A stretch of 61,813 nucleotides of DNA, filler included. It is 4 parts of 4 records of this genome, joined end to end, with 100 filler letters (N's around TTAATTAATTAA, not from the genome) between each part and the next. Parts side by side here need not be neighbours in the genome. Positions count along the whole stretch, not along the records: positions 1 to 31,029 come from SRR20825019_291; 3 more parts are not named here. One strand, 5' to 3'. Positions 1 through 11,905 of this stretch are shown in pieces (within the stretch, counting starts at the first letter, position 1; each line of letters opens with the position of its first letter). The notes beneath the pieces were generated by a model. It was not told the DNA's origin and searched no databases. It saw nothing but the letters and a program-made list of their open reading frames with translations. A program made the position numbers and the translations under genes.

Positions 1-83
1 GTCATTCTGAGCAACGCGAAGAATCCAGTGCGATTCTCTACGCAGGGAGCTTAATATTGTATCCTCGCGTTGCTCAGAATGAC
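1..83. repeat. GTCA-type REP/MITE-like inverted repeat at contig start
   Basis: Perfect 19-bp arms GTCATTCTGAGCAACGCGA (1-19) and TCGCGTTGCTCAGAATGAC (65-83). Confidence 0.8.
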
Positions 84-141
84 AGGGCTGCGCTCGGAAC
101 AGTGAGCGAAATTGGAGCGCCACGATAGTTTGGCTGGCAAG

Positions 142-273
142 GTAGGGTTGGACCGCTGGGCCGACCGCGATGCATCCTCGCGCTGTAGCTGAATTGGAGT
201 GCAGCGACAATTTGGCAGGCTCGTCACAATCCTCCGAAACGGCCGCACTTTCGCTATGCTCAAGTGCAGCTAC
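142..273. repeat. Cluster of GTAG-headed REP-like hairpins
   Basis: GTAGGGTTGGACCGCTGGGCCGACC (142-166); inverted pair GTAGCTGAATTG...CAATTTGG (from 185) and minus-strand GTAGCTGCACTT...AAGTGCGG (from 273). Confidence 0.6.
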
Positions 274-291
274 GGTTTGATTGGAGCGCAG

Positions 292-321
292 AAAAAAGGC
301 GCGCTCCGGAGAGCGCGCCTT
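292..321 (-). terminator. Intrinsic terminator of dnaK-groES-groEL
   Basis: 11-bp stem AAGGCGCGCTC/GAGCGCGCCTT with 4-nt loop, running into a T6 tract on the minus strand. Confidence 0.85.
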
Positions 322-389
322 GAATTGATTTTTTGCGAATCGGTGTTGCGGGACTTGCCGCGCCGTAGCTCCGAAGGAGCGAAAGCGGG

Positions 390-2057
<1,668 letters not shown>

Positions 2058-2087
2058 TTATTTTGAGATTAATGTGGGTGAGGTCGA

Positions 2088-2384
2088 TTAGCCGACCACG
2101 CCGAGAATATCGTCTTCGCGAACGAGCTTATACGTTTCACCGTCAAGCTTCACTTCGGAGCCGCCGTAGGGGCTGAGAAGCACCATTTCGCCAACTTTGA
2201 CTTCGAAGGGAACGGACTTGCCGTTTTCATCCTTCTTGCCAGTGCCGAGGGCGATGACCTTGGCCTCCTGAGGTTTTTCCTTGGCGCTGTCCGGAATGAT
2301 GATCCCGCCACGCACTTGCTCTTTTTCCTCGAGATGCTGCACCAGCACGCGATCACCGATGGGTTTGATTTTTACTTTAGCCAT
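2088..2384 (-). CDS. groS: Co-chaperonin GroES
   Basis: [23 protein letters not shown]; directly upstream of groEL. Confidence 0.99.
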   Translation of the reverse strand: MAKVKIKPIGDRVLVQHLEEKEQVRGGIIIPDSAKEKPQEAKVIALGTGKKDENGKSVPFEVKVGEMVLLSPYGGSEVKLDGETYKLVREDDILGVVG

Positions 2385-2481
2385 ATTGATTTGGATTTTG
2401 GAGTTTTGATTTATGTTGTCGCTATTGCTTTCAACAAAGCGCGCCGGGAGCCGGAGCTCTCAGCGCGCAAAGGATTGAAAT

Positions 2482-4425
2482 TTACTTTTTATCTTTGTCT
2501 TCGTCGACGACTTCGAAATCGGCATCGACGGCCTCAGCCTGCTTTTCGGATTTCTTCTTCTTACCTTCTTCCGGAGCAGCGCCTTCAGCACCACCGGCAG
2601 CAGCCTGCGCGGCCTGTTCGGCTTGTTGAGCTTCGGCGTAGAGTTCGGCTCCGACCTTCGAAAGGTTTTCGAGGGCAGCCTTCATCTTATCGAGGTCATC
2701 GGATTCGAGATCCTTCTTCGCATCGGTGATCGCCGTTTCGATCGACGTCTTCTTGTCCGCCGGGAGCTTGTCACCGGAGTCCTTGAGCGTCTTTTCGATT
2801 TGGTAGATCGTCGAGTCGAGTTGGTTCTTCGTCTCCACAGCTTCCTTGCGCTTCTTGTCCTCTTCGGCGTGAAGTTCGGCATCCTTGGTCATCTTCTCGA
2901 CTTCCTCGGATGAGAGTCCGGAAGAATCCTGAATGGTGATCTTCTGATCCTTCCCCGTGCCGAGATCCTTCGCGGAAACGTGAAGAATACCATTGGCGTC
3001 GATGTCAAAGGTCACCTCGATCTGCGGCGTGCCGCGAGGTGCGGGAGGAATTCCGTCGAGCTTGAAGGTGCCCAGCGTCTTATTGTCGCGGGCCATCGAC
3101 CGCTCACCCTGGAGGACCACGATTTCAACGGAAGGTTGGTTATCGCTGTAGGTCGAGAAGGTCTGAGTCTTCTTGGAAGGGATCGTCGTATTGCGGGGGA
3201 TCATCGCAGTCGAAACATCGCCTGCAGTCATGATACCGAGCGTGAGCGGAGTCACGTCGAGCAGAAGCACATCGCGCACATCACCGGCGAGCACTCCACC
3301 TTGAACCGCGGCGCCAATCGCGACGACTTCGTCGGGATTAACCCCTTGGTTAGGCTGCTTGCCCACAAGCTTCTGAGCGATTTCGACGATCTTAGGCATC
3401 CGGGTCATGCCGCCAACGAGCACGAGCTCCTCAATATCAGAGGCCTTCAGATCAGCGTCCTTCAGACAGCTGAGGAAAGGCGCCTTACAACGGTCGAAGA
3501 GCGATTCACAAACCTGCTCCATCTTCGAGCGGCTGAGCTGGATGTTAAGATGCTTTGGTCCGGAGGCATCCGCCGTGATGAACGGCAGGTTGATGTCCAC
3601 GGATTGGGTGGAAGAGAGCGCAATCTTCGCCTTCTCAGCTTCTTCCTTCAGACGCTGGAGTGCCATCGGATCCTGACGGAGATCGATGCCGTTTTCCTTT
3701 TTAAATTCTTCAACCAACCAGTTGATGACGGCGTCATCCCAGTTGTCACCACCGAGGTGGGTATCACCATTGGTCGCCTTCACTTCGAAGACGCCATCGC
3801 CGATTTCCAAAGTGGAAACGTCGAAGGTGCCGCCACCCAAATCGAACACGGCGATCTTCTCGTCCTTCTTTTTGTCGAGACCGTATGCCAATGAAGCAGC
3901 GGTCGGCTCGTTGATAATCCGCAACACTTCGAGACCGGCAATTTTGCCGGCATCCTTGGTCGCCTGACGCTGTGAATCGTTAAAGTAAGCGGGGACCGTG
4001 ATCACGGCCTGCGTGACCTTGTCGCCGAGATAAGACTCAGCGTCGGCTTTCAGCTTACCGAGCACAAAGGCTGCGATCTGCTGAGGTGCGAATTGCTCGG
4101 TCTTATCGCCAACCTGGGCTTCGATGTAAGCATCGCCATTTTTGCCTTCGACCACTTTGTAGGGAAGGCTCTTCACTTCTTCGTTAATCTCCGAGAACTT
4201 GCGTCCGATCAGACGTTTCGCAGAGAAAATTGTGTTGCGCGGATTGGTGACGGCTTGCCGTTTGGCGGACTGCCCCACGAGACGTTCACCTGATTTGGTA
4301 AACGCAACGATAGATGGAGTCGTGCGTGCACCCTCCGCATTTGGGACCACCACGGGCTCTCCGCCTTCCATGACGGACATACACGAGTTGGTCGTTCCTA
4401 AATCAATACCTAGAATTCGGCTCAT
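2482..4425 (-). CDS. dnaK: Chaperone DnaK (start trimmed to [10 protein letters not shown])
   Basis: [46 protein letters not shown]. Confidence 0.99.
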   Translation of the reverse strand: MSRILGIDLGTTNSCMSVMEGGEPVVVPNAEGARTTPSIVAFTKSGERLVGQSAKRQAVTNPRNTIFSAKRLIGRKFSEINEEVKSLPYKVVEGKNGDAYIEAQVGDKTEQFAPQQIAAFVLGKLKADAESYLGDKVTQAVITVPAYFNDSQRQATKDAGKIAGLEVLRIINEPTAASLAYGLDKKKDEKIAVFDLGGGTFDVSTLEIGDGVFEVKATNGDTHLGGDNWDDAVINWLVEEFKKENGIDLRQDPMALQRLKEEAEKAKIALSSTQSVDINLPFITADASGPKHLNIQLSRSKMEQVCESLFDRCKAPFLSCLKDADLKASDIEELVLVGGMTRMPKIVEIAQKLVGKQPNQGVNPDEVVAIGAAVQGGVLAGDVRDVLLLDVTPLTLGIMTAGDVSTAMIPRNTTIPSKKTQTFSTYSDNQPSVEIVVLQGERSMARDNKTLGTFKLDGIPPAPRGTPQIEVTFDIDANGILHVSAKDLGTGKDQKITIQDSSGLSSEEVEKMTKDAELHAEEDKKRKEAVETKNQLDSTIYQIEKTLKDSGDKLPADKKTSIETAITDAKKDLESDDLDKMKAALENLSKVGAELYAEAQQAEQAAQAAAGGAEGAAPEEGKKKKSEKQAEAVDADFEVVDEDKDKK

Positions 4426-4436
4426 GCCCGATACTA

Positions 4437-4453
4437 AGCAATCTATGTGCCCC
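4437..4453 (-). promoter_or_regulatory. Putative sigma54 -24/-12 promoter of dnaK operon
   Basis: Minus strand GGGGCACATAGATTGCT = GG-N10-GC with GGCAC and TTGC; ATG follows 12 nt after the GC. Confidence 0.75.
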
Positions 4454-4545
4454 ACAGATAAATTAATCTTTAATAATTGATTATTAACTATTTAAAAAAT
4501 TATAGATCTCGATGAGGTCATTATCACCTGCCAATATCGAGCCTT

Positions 4546-4565
4546 TGTGACACAGTTGTGTCACA
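4546..4565. promoter_or_regulatory. Perfect palindrome, candidate upstream activator site
   Basis: TGTGACACA-GT-TGTGTCACA, extra half site GTGACACA at 4591-4598; AT-rich tract 4460-4505 lies between it and the sigma54 site. Confidence 0.6.
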
Positions 4566-4648
4566 CCCCATCATCCCCGATGGGCCATTCGTGACACAAT
4601 TTCCTGCGATTCAGTTGCCCTCAGCTCTTCCGTTTCTACCTTACTCAC

Positions 4649-5332
4649 ATGGAAATGGAAATTATCGTGCCGGAACAGGTGCCTGTGATGACGCTGCCCG
4701 ATGTCGCATTTTTCCCACAGGCCCTCCTCCCCCTGCACATCTACGAACCACGCTACCGTCATATGTTGGCCGATACCCTCGCAGAATCCCGTCTGCTCGC
4801 GGTCGCCGGGCTCGATCAAAAACGCCTCAATGACGAAGGCGCATTCGAGCCTCCCCATCGAATCGCCACCGTGGGAATCATTCGCGCCTGCCAGAAAAAC
4901 AATGACGGCACTTCCAATCTCCTCCTCCAAGGCTTGTGTCGTGCCGAAATCACGCACATCACCACCGACGAACCGTATCGACTCATTAAAATCCGCGCTC
5001 TCAGCAGCCGGGACACTGCCGACTCGCCCGAAACCAAAGCCCTCCGCAGCGAACTTGCCCGACTTCTCACCGTGAAGCGCAAAGCCGGGGGCAACCTCCC
5101 CGAAGAGATGACCGACTTTCTTCACACCGTCGATGATCCGGAAACCTTCGTCGATCTCGCCGCATTCAGCCTCTGTGAGAATCCGGTGATTCGTCAGCAA
5201 CTCCTCGAAACGCTCGATGTAGGGGCGAGACTCGAACTCTTTAATCAGCACCTGCGCACCGAAATCGAAGTGCTTCGCCTCCGGTCGGAATTACAGGGAG
5301 ACCTCCCCGACGATCGTATTTCCGAGAACTAA
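4649..5332 (+). CDS. Stand-alone Lon substrate-binding (N-terminal) domain protein
   Basis: PVMTLPDVAFFPQALLPLHIYEPRYRHM and RQQLLE..D...RL motifs; no AAA+ or protease domain. Confidence 0.88.
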   Translation: MEMEIIVPEQVPVMTLPDVAFFPQALLPLHIYEPRYRHMLADTLAESRLLAVAGLDQKRLNDEGAFEPPHRIATVGIIRACQKNNDGTSNLLLQGLCRAEITHITTDEPYRLIKIRALSSRDTADSPETKALRSELARLLTVKRKAGGNLPEEMTDFLHTVDDPETFVDLAAFSLCENPVIRQQLLETLDVGARLELFNQHLRTEIEVLRLRSELQGDLPDDRISEN

Positions 5333-5367
5333 AAGATAATCCTCTTTTGTCGCCCAATTCAGAAATC

Positions 5368-5427
5368 GTAGGCCGCTCGCTTGCGAGCGCAGAGTTGATT
5401 CCATGCGCGAGTAAACTCGCAGCCTAC
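5368..5427. repeat. Inverted REP doublet (REPIN-like)
   Basis: GTAGGCCGCTCGCTTGCGAGCGC on plus and GTAGGCTGCGAGTTTACTCGCGC on minus; each is GTAG plus a hairpin. Confidence 0.7.
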
Positions 5428-5469
5428 CAACTAAAAGTCCCGCCGCTTAAAAGCAGACGGGACTTAAAA

Positions 5470-5545
5470 TGGAGCCGAGCATCGGATTCGAACCGACGAC
5501 CTACTCATTACGAATGAGTTGCTCTACCAGCTGAGCTAGCTCGGC
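5470..5545 (-). tRNA. tRNA-Thr(CGT)
   Basis: GCCGAGC acceptor stem, anticodon arm ACTCA-TTCGTAA-TGAGT, GGTTCGAATCC T arm, encoded CCA; hairpin plus T run downstream (about 5433-5465). Confidence 0.97.
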
Positions 5546-5604
5546 ATAACCGGAAGAACGGAACAAACTCGCCGCCGAGGCAAGCGCAAGTCTTCATTTC
5601 CATC

Positions 5605-6681
5605 GTGTCATCTCTCGCCACCGACCTTTTCGACTATCAACTACCCGACCATCTCATCGCGCAGACCCCTGCCGCGCGCCGTGATTCCTCGCGTCTGCTG
5701 GTGGTGGATCGCGCCAGTCATCGTATCAGCCACCACACTTTTGCTGATCTGCCGCAGTTTCTAAACACCGGCGATACGCTCTTTCGCAATAATGCCGCCG
5801 TGCTCCCTGCGCGACTCAAAGCTGTGCGGCCGACCGGGGGACAGGTCGAATGCTTCCTCCTGCGTCCGGCCGATGGCGAACAGGTCTGGCGCTGCCTGAT
5901 CAAACCCGGCAAACGCCTCCCCGTCGGTGCGACTTTTGCCCATCCCGCGGGGGAATTCGCCGGTGAAGTCGTCGCCAAAGAGGCAGATGGTTCTGCGCTG
6001 GTTAAACTCACGACCACAACTGGCGAACCGATCGTTGCCGTCGCCAATCGTCTCGGCGACGTCCCTCTCCCTCCCTATATTCAACGCCCTGATTCCACCA
6101 AACGCGCCGGTGACATTGAGCGCTACCAGACCGTCTATGCGGATCGCGCACGCCAGGTCGCCGTCGCCGCACCGACCGCCGGTCTGCATTTTACACCTGA
6201 GTTGCTCGACACTCTTTCCGCACAAGGCATCGCGTCGGCCAATGTCACGTTGCACGTCGGCCTCGGCACGTTCCGTCCGATCACCGCCGACTCTGTTGAT
6301 CAGCACGATATTCACCACGAACTCTACGAAATACCCGCCGCGACCCAACATCTCCTCGATCACACCAAGGGACGTCGCGTCGCCGTGGGCACCACGACCG
6401 TCCGCACGCTCGAGCACTTCCTCCGTCAAGAACAGGCTGGGCAAGGAAGCGATTATTTCGGCGATGCTGATATTTATATCTATCCACCGGCTACCTTCTG
6501 GGGCGTGGATGCACTGATCACCAACTTCCACCAACCTCGCTCAACCCTCCTCTGCCTGCTCTCCGCCTTCTTGGCCCCAGGCACGACCGACGGCATCGCC
6601 TGGTTCAAGGAAATCTACGCCGAAGCCATCGCCCGGGAATACCGGTTTTTCAGTTACGGCGATGCGATGCTCATTCTCTAA
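5605..6681 (+). CDS. queA: S-adenosylmethionine:tRNA ribosyltransferase-isomerase
   Basis: FDYQLP..LIAQ, PLPPYI, YQTVYA, AAPTAGLHFT, YRFFSYGDAMLI. Confidence 0.97.
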   Translation: MSSLATDLFDYQLPDHLIAQTPAARRDSSRLLVVDRASHRISHHTFADLPQFLNTGDTLFRNNAAVLPARLKAVRPTGGQVECFLLRPADGEQVWRCLIKPGKRLPVGATFAHPAGEFAGEVVAKEADGSALVKLTTTTGEPIVAVANRLGDVPLPPYIQRPDSTKRAGDIERYQTVYADRARQVAVAAPTAGLHFTPELLDTLSAQGIASANVTLHVGLGTFRPITADSVDQHDIHHELYEIPAATQHLLDHTKGRRVAVGTTTVRTLEHFLRQEQAGQGSDYFGDADIYIYPPATFWGVDALITNFHQPRSTLLCLLSAFLAPGTTDGIAWFKEIYAEAIAREYRFFSYGDAMLIL

Positions 6682-6741
6682 AATCTGCCGTCGCCGTTTG
6701 CTTTGTCCCTCAAGGCAACATTACTAAAGAGCACACTTTTC

Positions 6742-7041
6742 ATGACGACCACGACCCAGCACCCGAAGCCTTCAAGGACTCGCTTAGCTTTACGCCTACT
6801 AGCCGCATTCTGCCTGGTCTTTGCGATTGGCTATTGGGTCAACAAGGGCGCACACACTGGCTGGAGTATGGATCGCGTGCCCACCGAGCAGGTCGATGAA
6901 ATCACCGGCATCGAATACATCACTTACGAGAACCGTTTCGTGCCGGGCGTTGAGTGGCTGGCCGGCAGCATCGTTCTGGCCACCTTGCTCTTCGGCATCT
7001 CATTTTTCTTCCGTTCCAAACCAACCCATTCAAATCCATGA
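6742..7041 (+). CDS. Small two-TM membrane protein
   Basis: Two hydrophobic segments; stop overlaps next start (ATGA). Confidence 0.7.
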   Translation: MTTTTQHPKPSRTRLALRLLAAFCLVFAIGYWVNKGAHTGWSMDRVPTEQVDEITGIEYITYENRFVPGVEWLAGSIVLATLLFGISFFFRSKPTHSNP

Positions 7042-7652
7042 AAAATACTATCCTCGCCTGTCTCGCTTCGTTTGCCGCGGTCGCCGTATCGGCAGCTCCG
7101 ATTTCCTTCGACTTTAAAGATCCGAAGGGCGTCAACGCGGTGCAATTCCATCTCGATTCACTGTTGGAGCCTATCTCGGGCTCAGCCAACGGTATCTCCG
7201 GCACGGTCAGCTACGATCCTGCTGCTCCTGCGGACACCGCCGGCACGATCTTGGTCACCGCAGATTCCCTCGTCGTTTCCAATGCCACGATGACCGAGCA
7301 TCTTCACGGCAGCAAGTGGCTCGACGTCGGCACTCATCCGGAAATCACCTTCGAACTCATTTCCCTGACTGATGCCAAAAGCACAAACAACACCACGACT
7401 GCAGTTGCCAAGGGCACCTTCACCTTAAAAGGAGTCACTCAGGATATCTCCGTCCCCGTGAAGATCACCTACCTTGCCGACGCCCTCGAAAAACGCACCC
7501 GCCCCGGCAATCAGGGTGATCTCTTGGTCATCCGCGGCGAGTTCACCATCCTGCGCTCCGACTACGGTATTCAGTCGGGTCAAAATGAAGACAAGGTAAG
7601 CCCCGAGATCACGCTCAAGGTCGCCATCGTCGGCAGTGCCCCCAAAGCCTGA
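7038..7652 (+). CDS. YceI-family secreted lipid/polyisoprenoid-binding protein
   Basis: Signal peptide MKNTILACL; HL...KWLD...HPEITF, GTFTLKGVT, RSDYGI. Confidence 0.9.
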   Translation: MKNTILACLASFAAVAVSAAPISFDFKDPKGVNAVQFHLDSLLEPISGSANGISGTVSYDPAAPADTAGTILVTADSLVVSNATMTEHLHGSKWLDVGTHPEITFELISLTDAKSTNNTTTAVAKGTFTLKGVTQDISVPVKITYLADALEKRTRPGNQGDLLVIRGEFTILRSDYGIQSGQNEDKVSPEITLKVAIVGSAPKA

Positions 7653-7681
7653 GTTTGCTGGATTCAACCCATTAGCTTGCG

Positions 7682-7711
7682 AGGACGGCTGCGAAGCCGT
7701 CCTTTCTTTTT
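7682..7711 (+). terminator. Intrinsic terminator
   Basis: AGGACGGCT-GCGA-AGCCGTCCT followed by TTCTTTTT. Confidence 0.85.
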
Positions 7712-7736
7712 AGCAATCGCCTGTTAGTTTACTTCT

Positions 7737-8099
7737 GTGACTCCCGACGAACTCCAATCCCTCATCGACGACGCCACCTTTGATTACGCCATGGGTGAAA
7801 CCGAGGCGGCCATCGCCAAGCTGGGCCAAGCGACCGAAGCCGATTCCAAATCGTTCGCAGCCTGGCACGCCCTCGCAGAGATCCATTTCAGCCAACGCAA
7901 TCTCGACGAAGCGCTCCATGCCGCCGAGCACGCTCACGCTCTCGACGATCAGGATTTATTCATCAACACCACTCTTTCCCGGATCTGGATGGAACGTGGC
8001 GATAAGGCGACCGCCGAAAAATATGGAGCACAGGCCAAGATCCTCAGTTGGAAGGATCAACTCAAGAATCCCGAAGAGCAATCGGGTGGCATTAACTGA
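7737..8099 (+). CDS. Small TPR protein
   Basis: TPR-like helices (AWHALAEIHF, A..A..LD); GTG start. Confidence 0.75.
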   Translation: MTPDELQSLIDDATFDYAMGETEAAIAKLGQATEADSKSFAAWHALAEIHFSQRNLDEALHAAEHAHALDDQDLFINTTLSRIWMERGDKATAEKYGAQAKILSWKDQLKNPEEQSGGIN

Positions 8100-8147
8100 A
8101 AATCCTGCCCGTTGACAGCCTTCCTCCCAACCCCGTAATTTGCCGCT

Positions 8148-9134
8148 ATGGATACCCCGGCGTATGTGTTGGAATTTGAAAAGCCGCTCCGCGAACTCGC
8201 GAAGCAGTTGGACGGGTTGCGTCAACAATCCCTCGAAAGCAATCTCGACCTCGGCAAGGAAATCGTCGCCATCGAGAAGAAGATCGAGAAAACCCGTAAA
8301 GAAATTTACACGCAGCTAACGCCTTGGCAGCGGGTGCAGATCGCCCGGCATCCCAAGCGCCCCTATGCCCTCGATTACGTCGGGATGCTCTGCGAAGACT
8401 TTCAAGAGCTGCACGGCGACCGCCAGTTTCGTGATGACCGCGCGCTCGTGGGCGGCACGGCATTTTTCGGCGGACAGTCCGTCATGATCATCGCCCAGCA
8501 GAAGGGCCGTGATACCAAGGAGAAGATCGCCCGCAATTTCGGTATGCCACAACCGGAAGGTTACCGAAAAGCACTCCGACTGATGAAAATGGCTGAAAAA
8601 TTCGGGTTACCCGTGATCAGCTTTATCGACACACCGGGCGCCTATCCTGGCATCGATTCCGAAGAGCGCCACGTTTCCGAGGCCATCGCGGTCAATCTCC
8701 GTGAAATGGCCATGCTCAAAGTTCCGTCCATGGCAGTGGTCGTAGGCGAAGGTGGTTCAGGCGGGGCCTTGGGCATCGGAGTGACTGATCGCGTCGTCAT
8801 TTTCGAAAACAGCTACTATTCGGTAATCTCACCCGAAGGCTGTGCCGCGATTCTCTGGAAAGACAGTGCCGCCGCCCCCCAAGCCGCCGAAGCACTCAAG
8901 CTCAACGCCGCCACGCTAAAGAAGCTCGGAGTCGTCGATGAAGTAATTCCCGAACCCATGGGCGGTGCCCACTACGAACCGGAGACTGCCGCGAAAGCAC
9001 TCGATGTTTCTCTGAAGAATCACCTTAAGGAGCTCAAAAAACTCTCGACCGCCAAGCTCCTCGACAGCCGCTACGAACGTTATCGTAAGCTTGGCGTCTA
9101 CCAAGAGAAGGTCGCTGCCAAAAAAGCCAGTTAA
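8148..9134 (+). CDS. accA: Acetyl-CoA carboxylase carboxyltransferase alpha
   Basis: LEFEKPL, ARHPKRP, ELHGDR, IDTPGAYPG, GEGGSGGALG, YSVISPEGCAAILW. Confidence 0.98.
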   Translation: MDTPAYVLEFEKPLRELAKQLDGLRQQSLESNLDLGKEIVAIEKKIEKTRKEIYTQLTPWQRVQIARHPKRPYALDYVGMLCEDFQELHGDRQFRDDRALVGGTAFFGGQSVMIIAQQKGRDTKEKIARNFGMPQPEGYRKALRLMKMAEKFGLPVISFIDTPGAYPGIDSEERHVSEAIAVNLREMAMLKVPSMAVVVGEGGSGGALGIGVTDRVVIFENSYYSVISPEGCAAILWKDSAAAPQAAEALKLNAATLKKLGVVDEVIPEPMGGAHYEPETAAKALDVSLKNHLKELKKLSTAKLLDSRYERYRKLGVYQEKVAAKKAS

Positions 9135-9946
9135 TCGGTCGCCACAGGATTCGAGGCGTTGGAATCCTTCCGCACGGTCAGAAGCTCGATTTTTTCGGCC
9201 TGCCCCATCGTCGGATTGATCTCCACGATGGCCCCGGAAAGTCGCACATCCTCGGTCGCCACGGGAAAACGCCGGGGCAACCCATCCAGGAAACGCCCGA
9301 TCACCGGTTCGATTTCCCGCCCCAGCACGGAGCCGTAAGGTCCGGTCATCCCCAGATCGCACATAAACGCCGTGCCTTTGGGCAGGACTTGATAATCAGC
9401 GGTCGGCACGTGCGTATGGGTGCCAAGCACCGCCGTTACTCGACCATCCAGATACCAACCCAGCGCCTGTTTTTCGGAAGTCGCTTCGGCGTGAATCTCG
9501 ACAACGATGGCATCCGTCTGACCTCGCAATTGTTTGATCATCCGGTCGGCACAGAGAAACGGACACTCTGATTTCATATTCAGATATTGCCGTCCCAGCA
9601 CCGTAAAGACGCCGAGGCGAAAACCACGCTTCTCGATAATCACATGATCCCACCCCGGGCAGGCCGCCGGGAGATTGGCAGGGCGACACACATTTTCGAT
9701 CTGAGCGATATCGGTCTCCCACCCGCGTTGATCCCAGACATGGTCGCCCAGCGTCACCGCATCGACACCGGCACTATGGAGTGAACGGGTAATCGCGGCC
9801 GTAATCCCGGAACCCGCCGCAGAGTTTTCGCCATTCGCGATCACAAAATCCAACGCATGCTCTCGACGGATCGCGGCCAAACGTTCGTTTACAATATCCC
9901 GACCAGGTCGGCCGACAATGTCGCCGATGAAAAGCATTTTCAACAT
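9131..9946 (-). CDS. YmdB/TIGR00282-type metallophosphoesterase
   Basis: [44 protein letters not shown]; start trimmed to MLKMLF. Confidence 0.95.
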   Translation of the reverse strand: MLKMLFIGDIVGRPGRDIVNERLAAIRREHALDFVIANGENSAAGSGITAAITRSLHSAGVDAVTLGDHVWDQRGWETDIAQIENVCRPANLPAACPGWDHVIIEKRGFRLGVFTVLGRQYLNMKSECPFLCADRMIKQLRGQTDAIVVEIHAEATSEKQALGWYLDGRVTAVLGTHTHVPTADYQVLPKGTAFMCDLGMTGPYGSVLGREIEPVIGRFLDGLPRRFPVATEDVRLSGAIVEINPTMGQAEKIELLTVRKDSNASNPVATD

Positions 9947-10067
9947 AACGATCAACGTGGGCGCGCGCACGCGCCTCGCCAATCGAAAAACAGAGCCTGA
10001 TTTTGAACAAGACGGAGGCTTGCCCCGGTCAGCCTTAACCCCTTTGCTGCTTCCCCTTTTCCTTCCT

Positions 10068-11846
10068 ATGAAAACCAGCACGACCTCACCAACAGCATTC
10101 CCAAAGGCCGAAATCGGCCCTGAAATGAATGGGGCCGACGCCGTCGTCGCTTGCCTCATCCGTGAGGGTGTCTCTGATATTTTCGCATATCCCGGTGGCG
10201 CCTCTCAGGAATTACACCAGTCTCTCGCCCGAACTGACAAGATTCGCACGATCCTCCCACGTCATGAACAGGGTGGTTCGTTCGCCGCCGAAGCCTATTC
10301 CCGCGCGAGCGGCAAAGTAGGCGTTTGCATGGCGACCAGCGGTCCGGGCGCAACCAATCTAGTGTCGGCGATCGCCGATGCCTTTATGGATTCCGTGCCG
10401 TTGATCTGCATCACCGGTCAGGTTTACAGCAAATTCATCGGTAAGATGGCTTTTCAGGAAACCGATTTCTACGGGATGACCCTGCCGATCGTGAAGCACT
10501 CCTACCTGATTACGGATGTTCATGAGCTGCCGAAGATTTTCAAGGAAGCCTTCCATCTCGCGCGCACCGGCCGGCAAGGCCCGGTGATTATCGATATCCC
10601 GAAGGATGTGCAGCAGGCTCTGTTTCAACCCGTTTTCCCGGCGACCGTTGAGTTTAAGAACCCCTACGTGTCCTGCGCTCATGAAGCCAGTGACGATCAG
10701 CTCAAGCAAATCTTCGCGCTCATCTCCCAAGCGCAAAAGCCCATGCTTTACGTCGGTGGTGGCATCATTTCGGCCAACGCTTCCGAAGATCTCAAAACCT
10801 TTGCGGAAACAACCAACATCCCCGTCGCCAGCACGTTAATGGGGCTCGGCTCGTTTCCGGAGACACATGAACTCTCCATGCACTGGTTCGGCATGCACGG
10901 GTCGGCCTATGGCAATTGGGCGATTGATGAGGCCGACTTGGTCATCTGTCTGGGCGCACGTTTCGACGATCGCATCACCGGCGATACCAGCACCTTCGCG
11001 ACCAAGGCTAAGATCGTGCACGTCGACATCGATGCTTCGGAGCACAACAAAAACTGCGTCGCCGATCTCCCAATCCTCAGTGACATCAAATATGCGCTGC
11101 GTCGCCTCAACGAACTCGCTGAGGTCGCGAACTATACGCCACCGGAAACCAAGGCCTGGCATGCACAGGTGGGCAAGTGGAAGCAGGAGCATCCCTTCAG
11201 TTACGAGCCCAGCAAACACATCCAATCTCAAGAGGCGATTGCCACCCTTTACGAACTCACCAAGGGCGACGCGATCATCACGACCGGCGTGGGTCAGCAT
11301 CAAATGTGGGCCGCCCAGTTCTATCGCTTCGATAAACCCCGTCGCTACATCAGCTCACTCGGCCTCGGCGCGATGGGCTTCGGCTATCCGGCCGCCCTTG
11401 GCGCAAAGGTCGCCTGTCCTGACAAGGAAGTGATTGATATCGATGGTGATGGTTCGTTCGCCATGAACATCCAGGAACTCGCCACCGCGAAAATCGAAAA
11501 AATCAACGCCAAGGCGATGATCCTTAATAACCAGCATCTCGGGATGGTGGTTCAATGGGAGGATCGCTTCTACAACAGCGTGCGCGGCAACACGATCCTC
11601 GGTGACGAAAGCAATATCGGTAGTCCTGATAATCCTGACGCGCTCTATCCCGACTTCGTGAAGATCGCCGAAGGATACGGTGTCGCCGGACGTCGCGTTA
11701 TCAAAAAGAGCGAGCTCAAGGAAGCGATCCAAGAGATGCTCGACCACGATGGTCCTTACGTGCTCGACGTAATCGTGCCCTTTACCGAACACGTGATCCC
11801 AATGATCCCCGCCGGCAAATCCGTGAAGGAAATGCTGCTCAAGTAA
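10068..11846 (+). CDS. ilvB: Acetolactate synthase large subunit
   Basis: [41 protein letters not shown] motif; start trimmed to MKTS. Confidence 0.97.
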   Translation: MKTSTTSPTAFPKAEIGPEMNGADAVVACLIREGVSDIFAYPGGASQELHQSLARTDKIRTILPRHEQGGSFAAEAYSRASGKVGVCMATSGPGATNLVSAIADAFMDSVPLICITGQVYSKFIGKMAFQETDFYGMTLPIVKHSYLITDVHELPKIFKEAFHLARTGRQGPVIIDIPKDVQQALFQPVFPATVEFKNPYVSCAHEASDDQLKQIFALISQAQKPMLYVGGGIISANASEDLKTFAETTNIPVASTLMGLGSFPETHELSMHWFGMHGSAYGNWAIDEADLVICLGARFDDRITGDTSTFATKAKIVHVDIDASEHNKNCVADLPILSDIKYALRRLNELAEVANYTPPETKAWHAQVGKWKQEHPFSYEPSKHIQSQEAIATLYELTKGDAIITTGVGQHQMWAAQFYRFDKPRRYISSLGLGAMGFGYPAALGAKVACPDKEVIDIDGDGSFAMNIQELATAKIEKINAKAMILNNQHLGMVVQWEDRFYNSVRGNTILGDESNIGSPDNPDALYPDFVKIAEGYGVAGRRVIKKSELKEAIQEMLDHDGPYVLDVIVPFTEHVIPMIPAGKSVKEMLLK

Positions 11847-11875
11847 GCGTCTCTCGCCAGTCGAATCCTATTCTC

Positions 11876-11905
11876 AAGCCCGCACCTCAACCGTGCGGGC
11901 TTTTT
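11876..11905 (+). terminator. Intrinsic terminator after ilvB
   Basis: AAGCCCGCAC-loop-GTGCGGGCTT ending in a T5 tract. Confidence 0.85.

Noticed and set aside
110-289. Three ATTGGAG(C/T)GC copies about 82-87 nt apart, as a possible CRISPR-like array
   Set aside because: Only 10 nt long, spacing too large, no cas genes; one copy is part of a REP arm
2385-4648. CIRCE/HrcA operator before groES or dnaK
   Set aside because: No TTAGCACTC-N9-GAGTGCTAA match seen in either intergenic region
5470-6681. Functional link between queA and the divergent tRNA
   Set aside because: tRNA-Thr(CGT) is not a queuosine (GUN anticodon) tRNA
9918-10159. Overlapping N-terminal extensions of ilvB and ymdB
   Set aside because: Artefacts of longest-ORF calling; conserved motifs begin at 10068 and 9946; no ilv leader peptide seen
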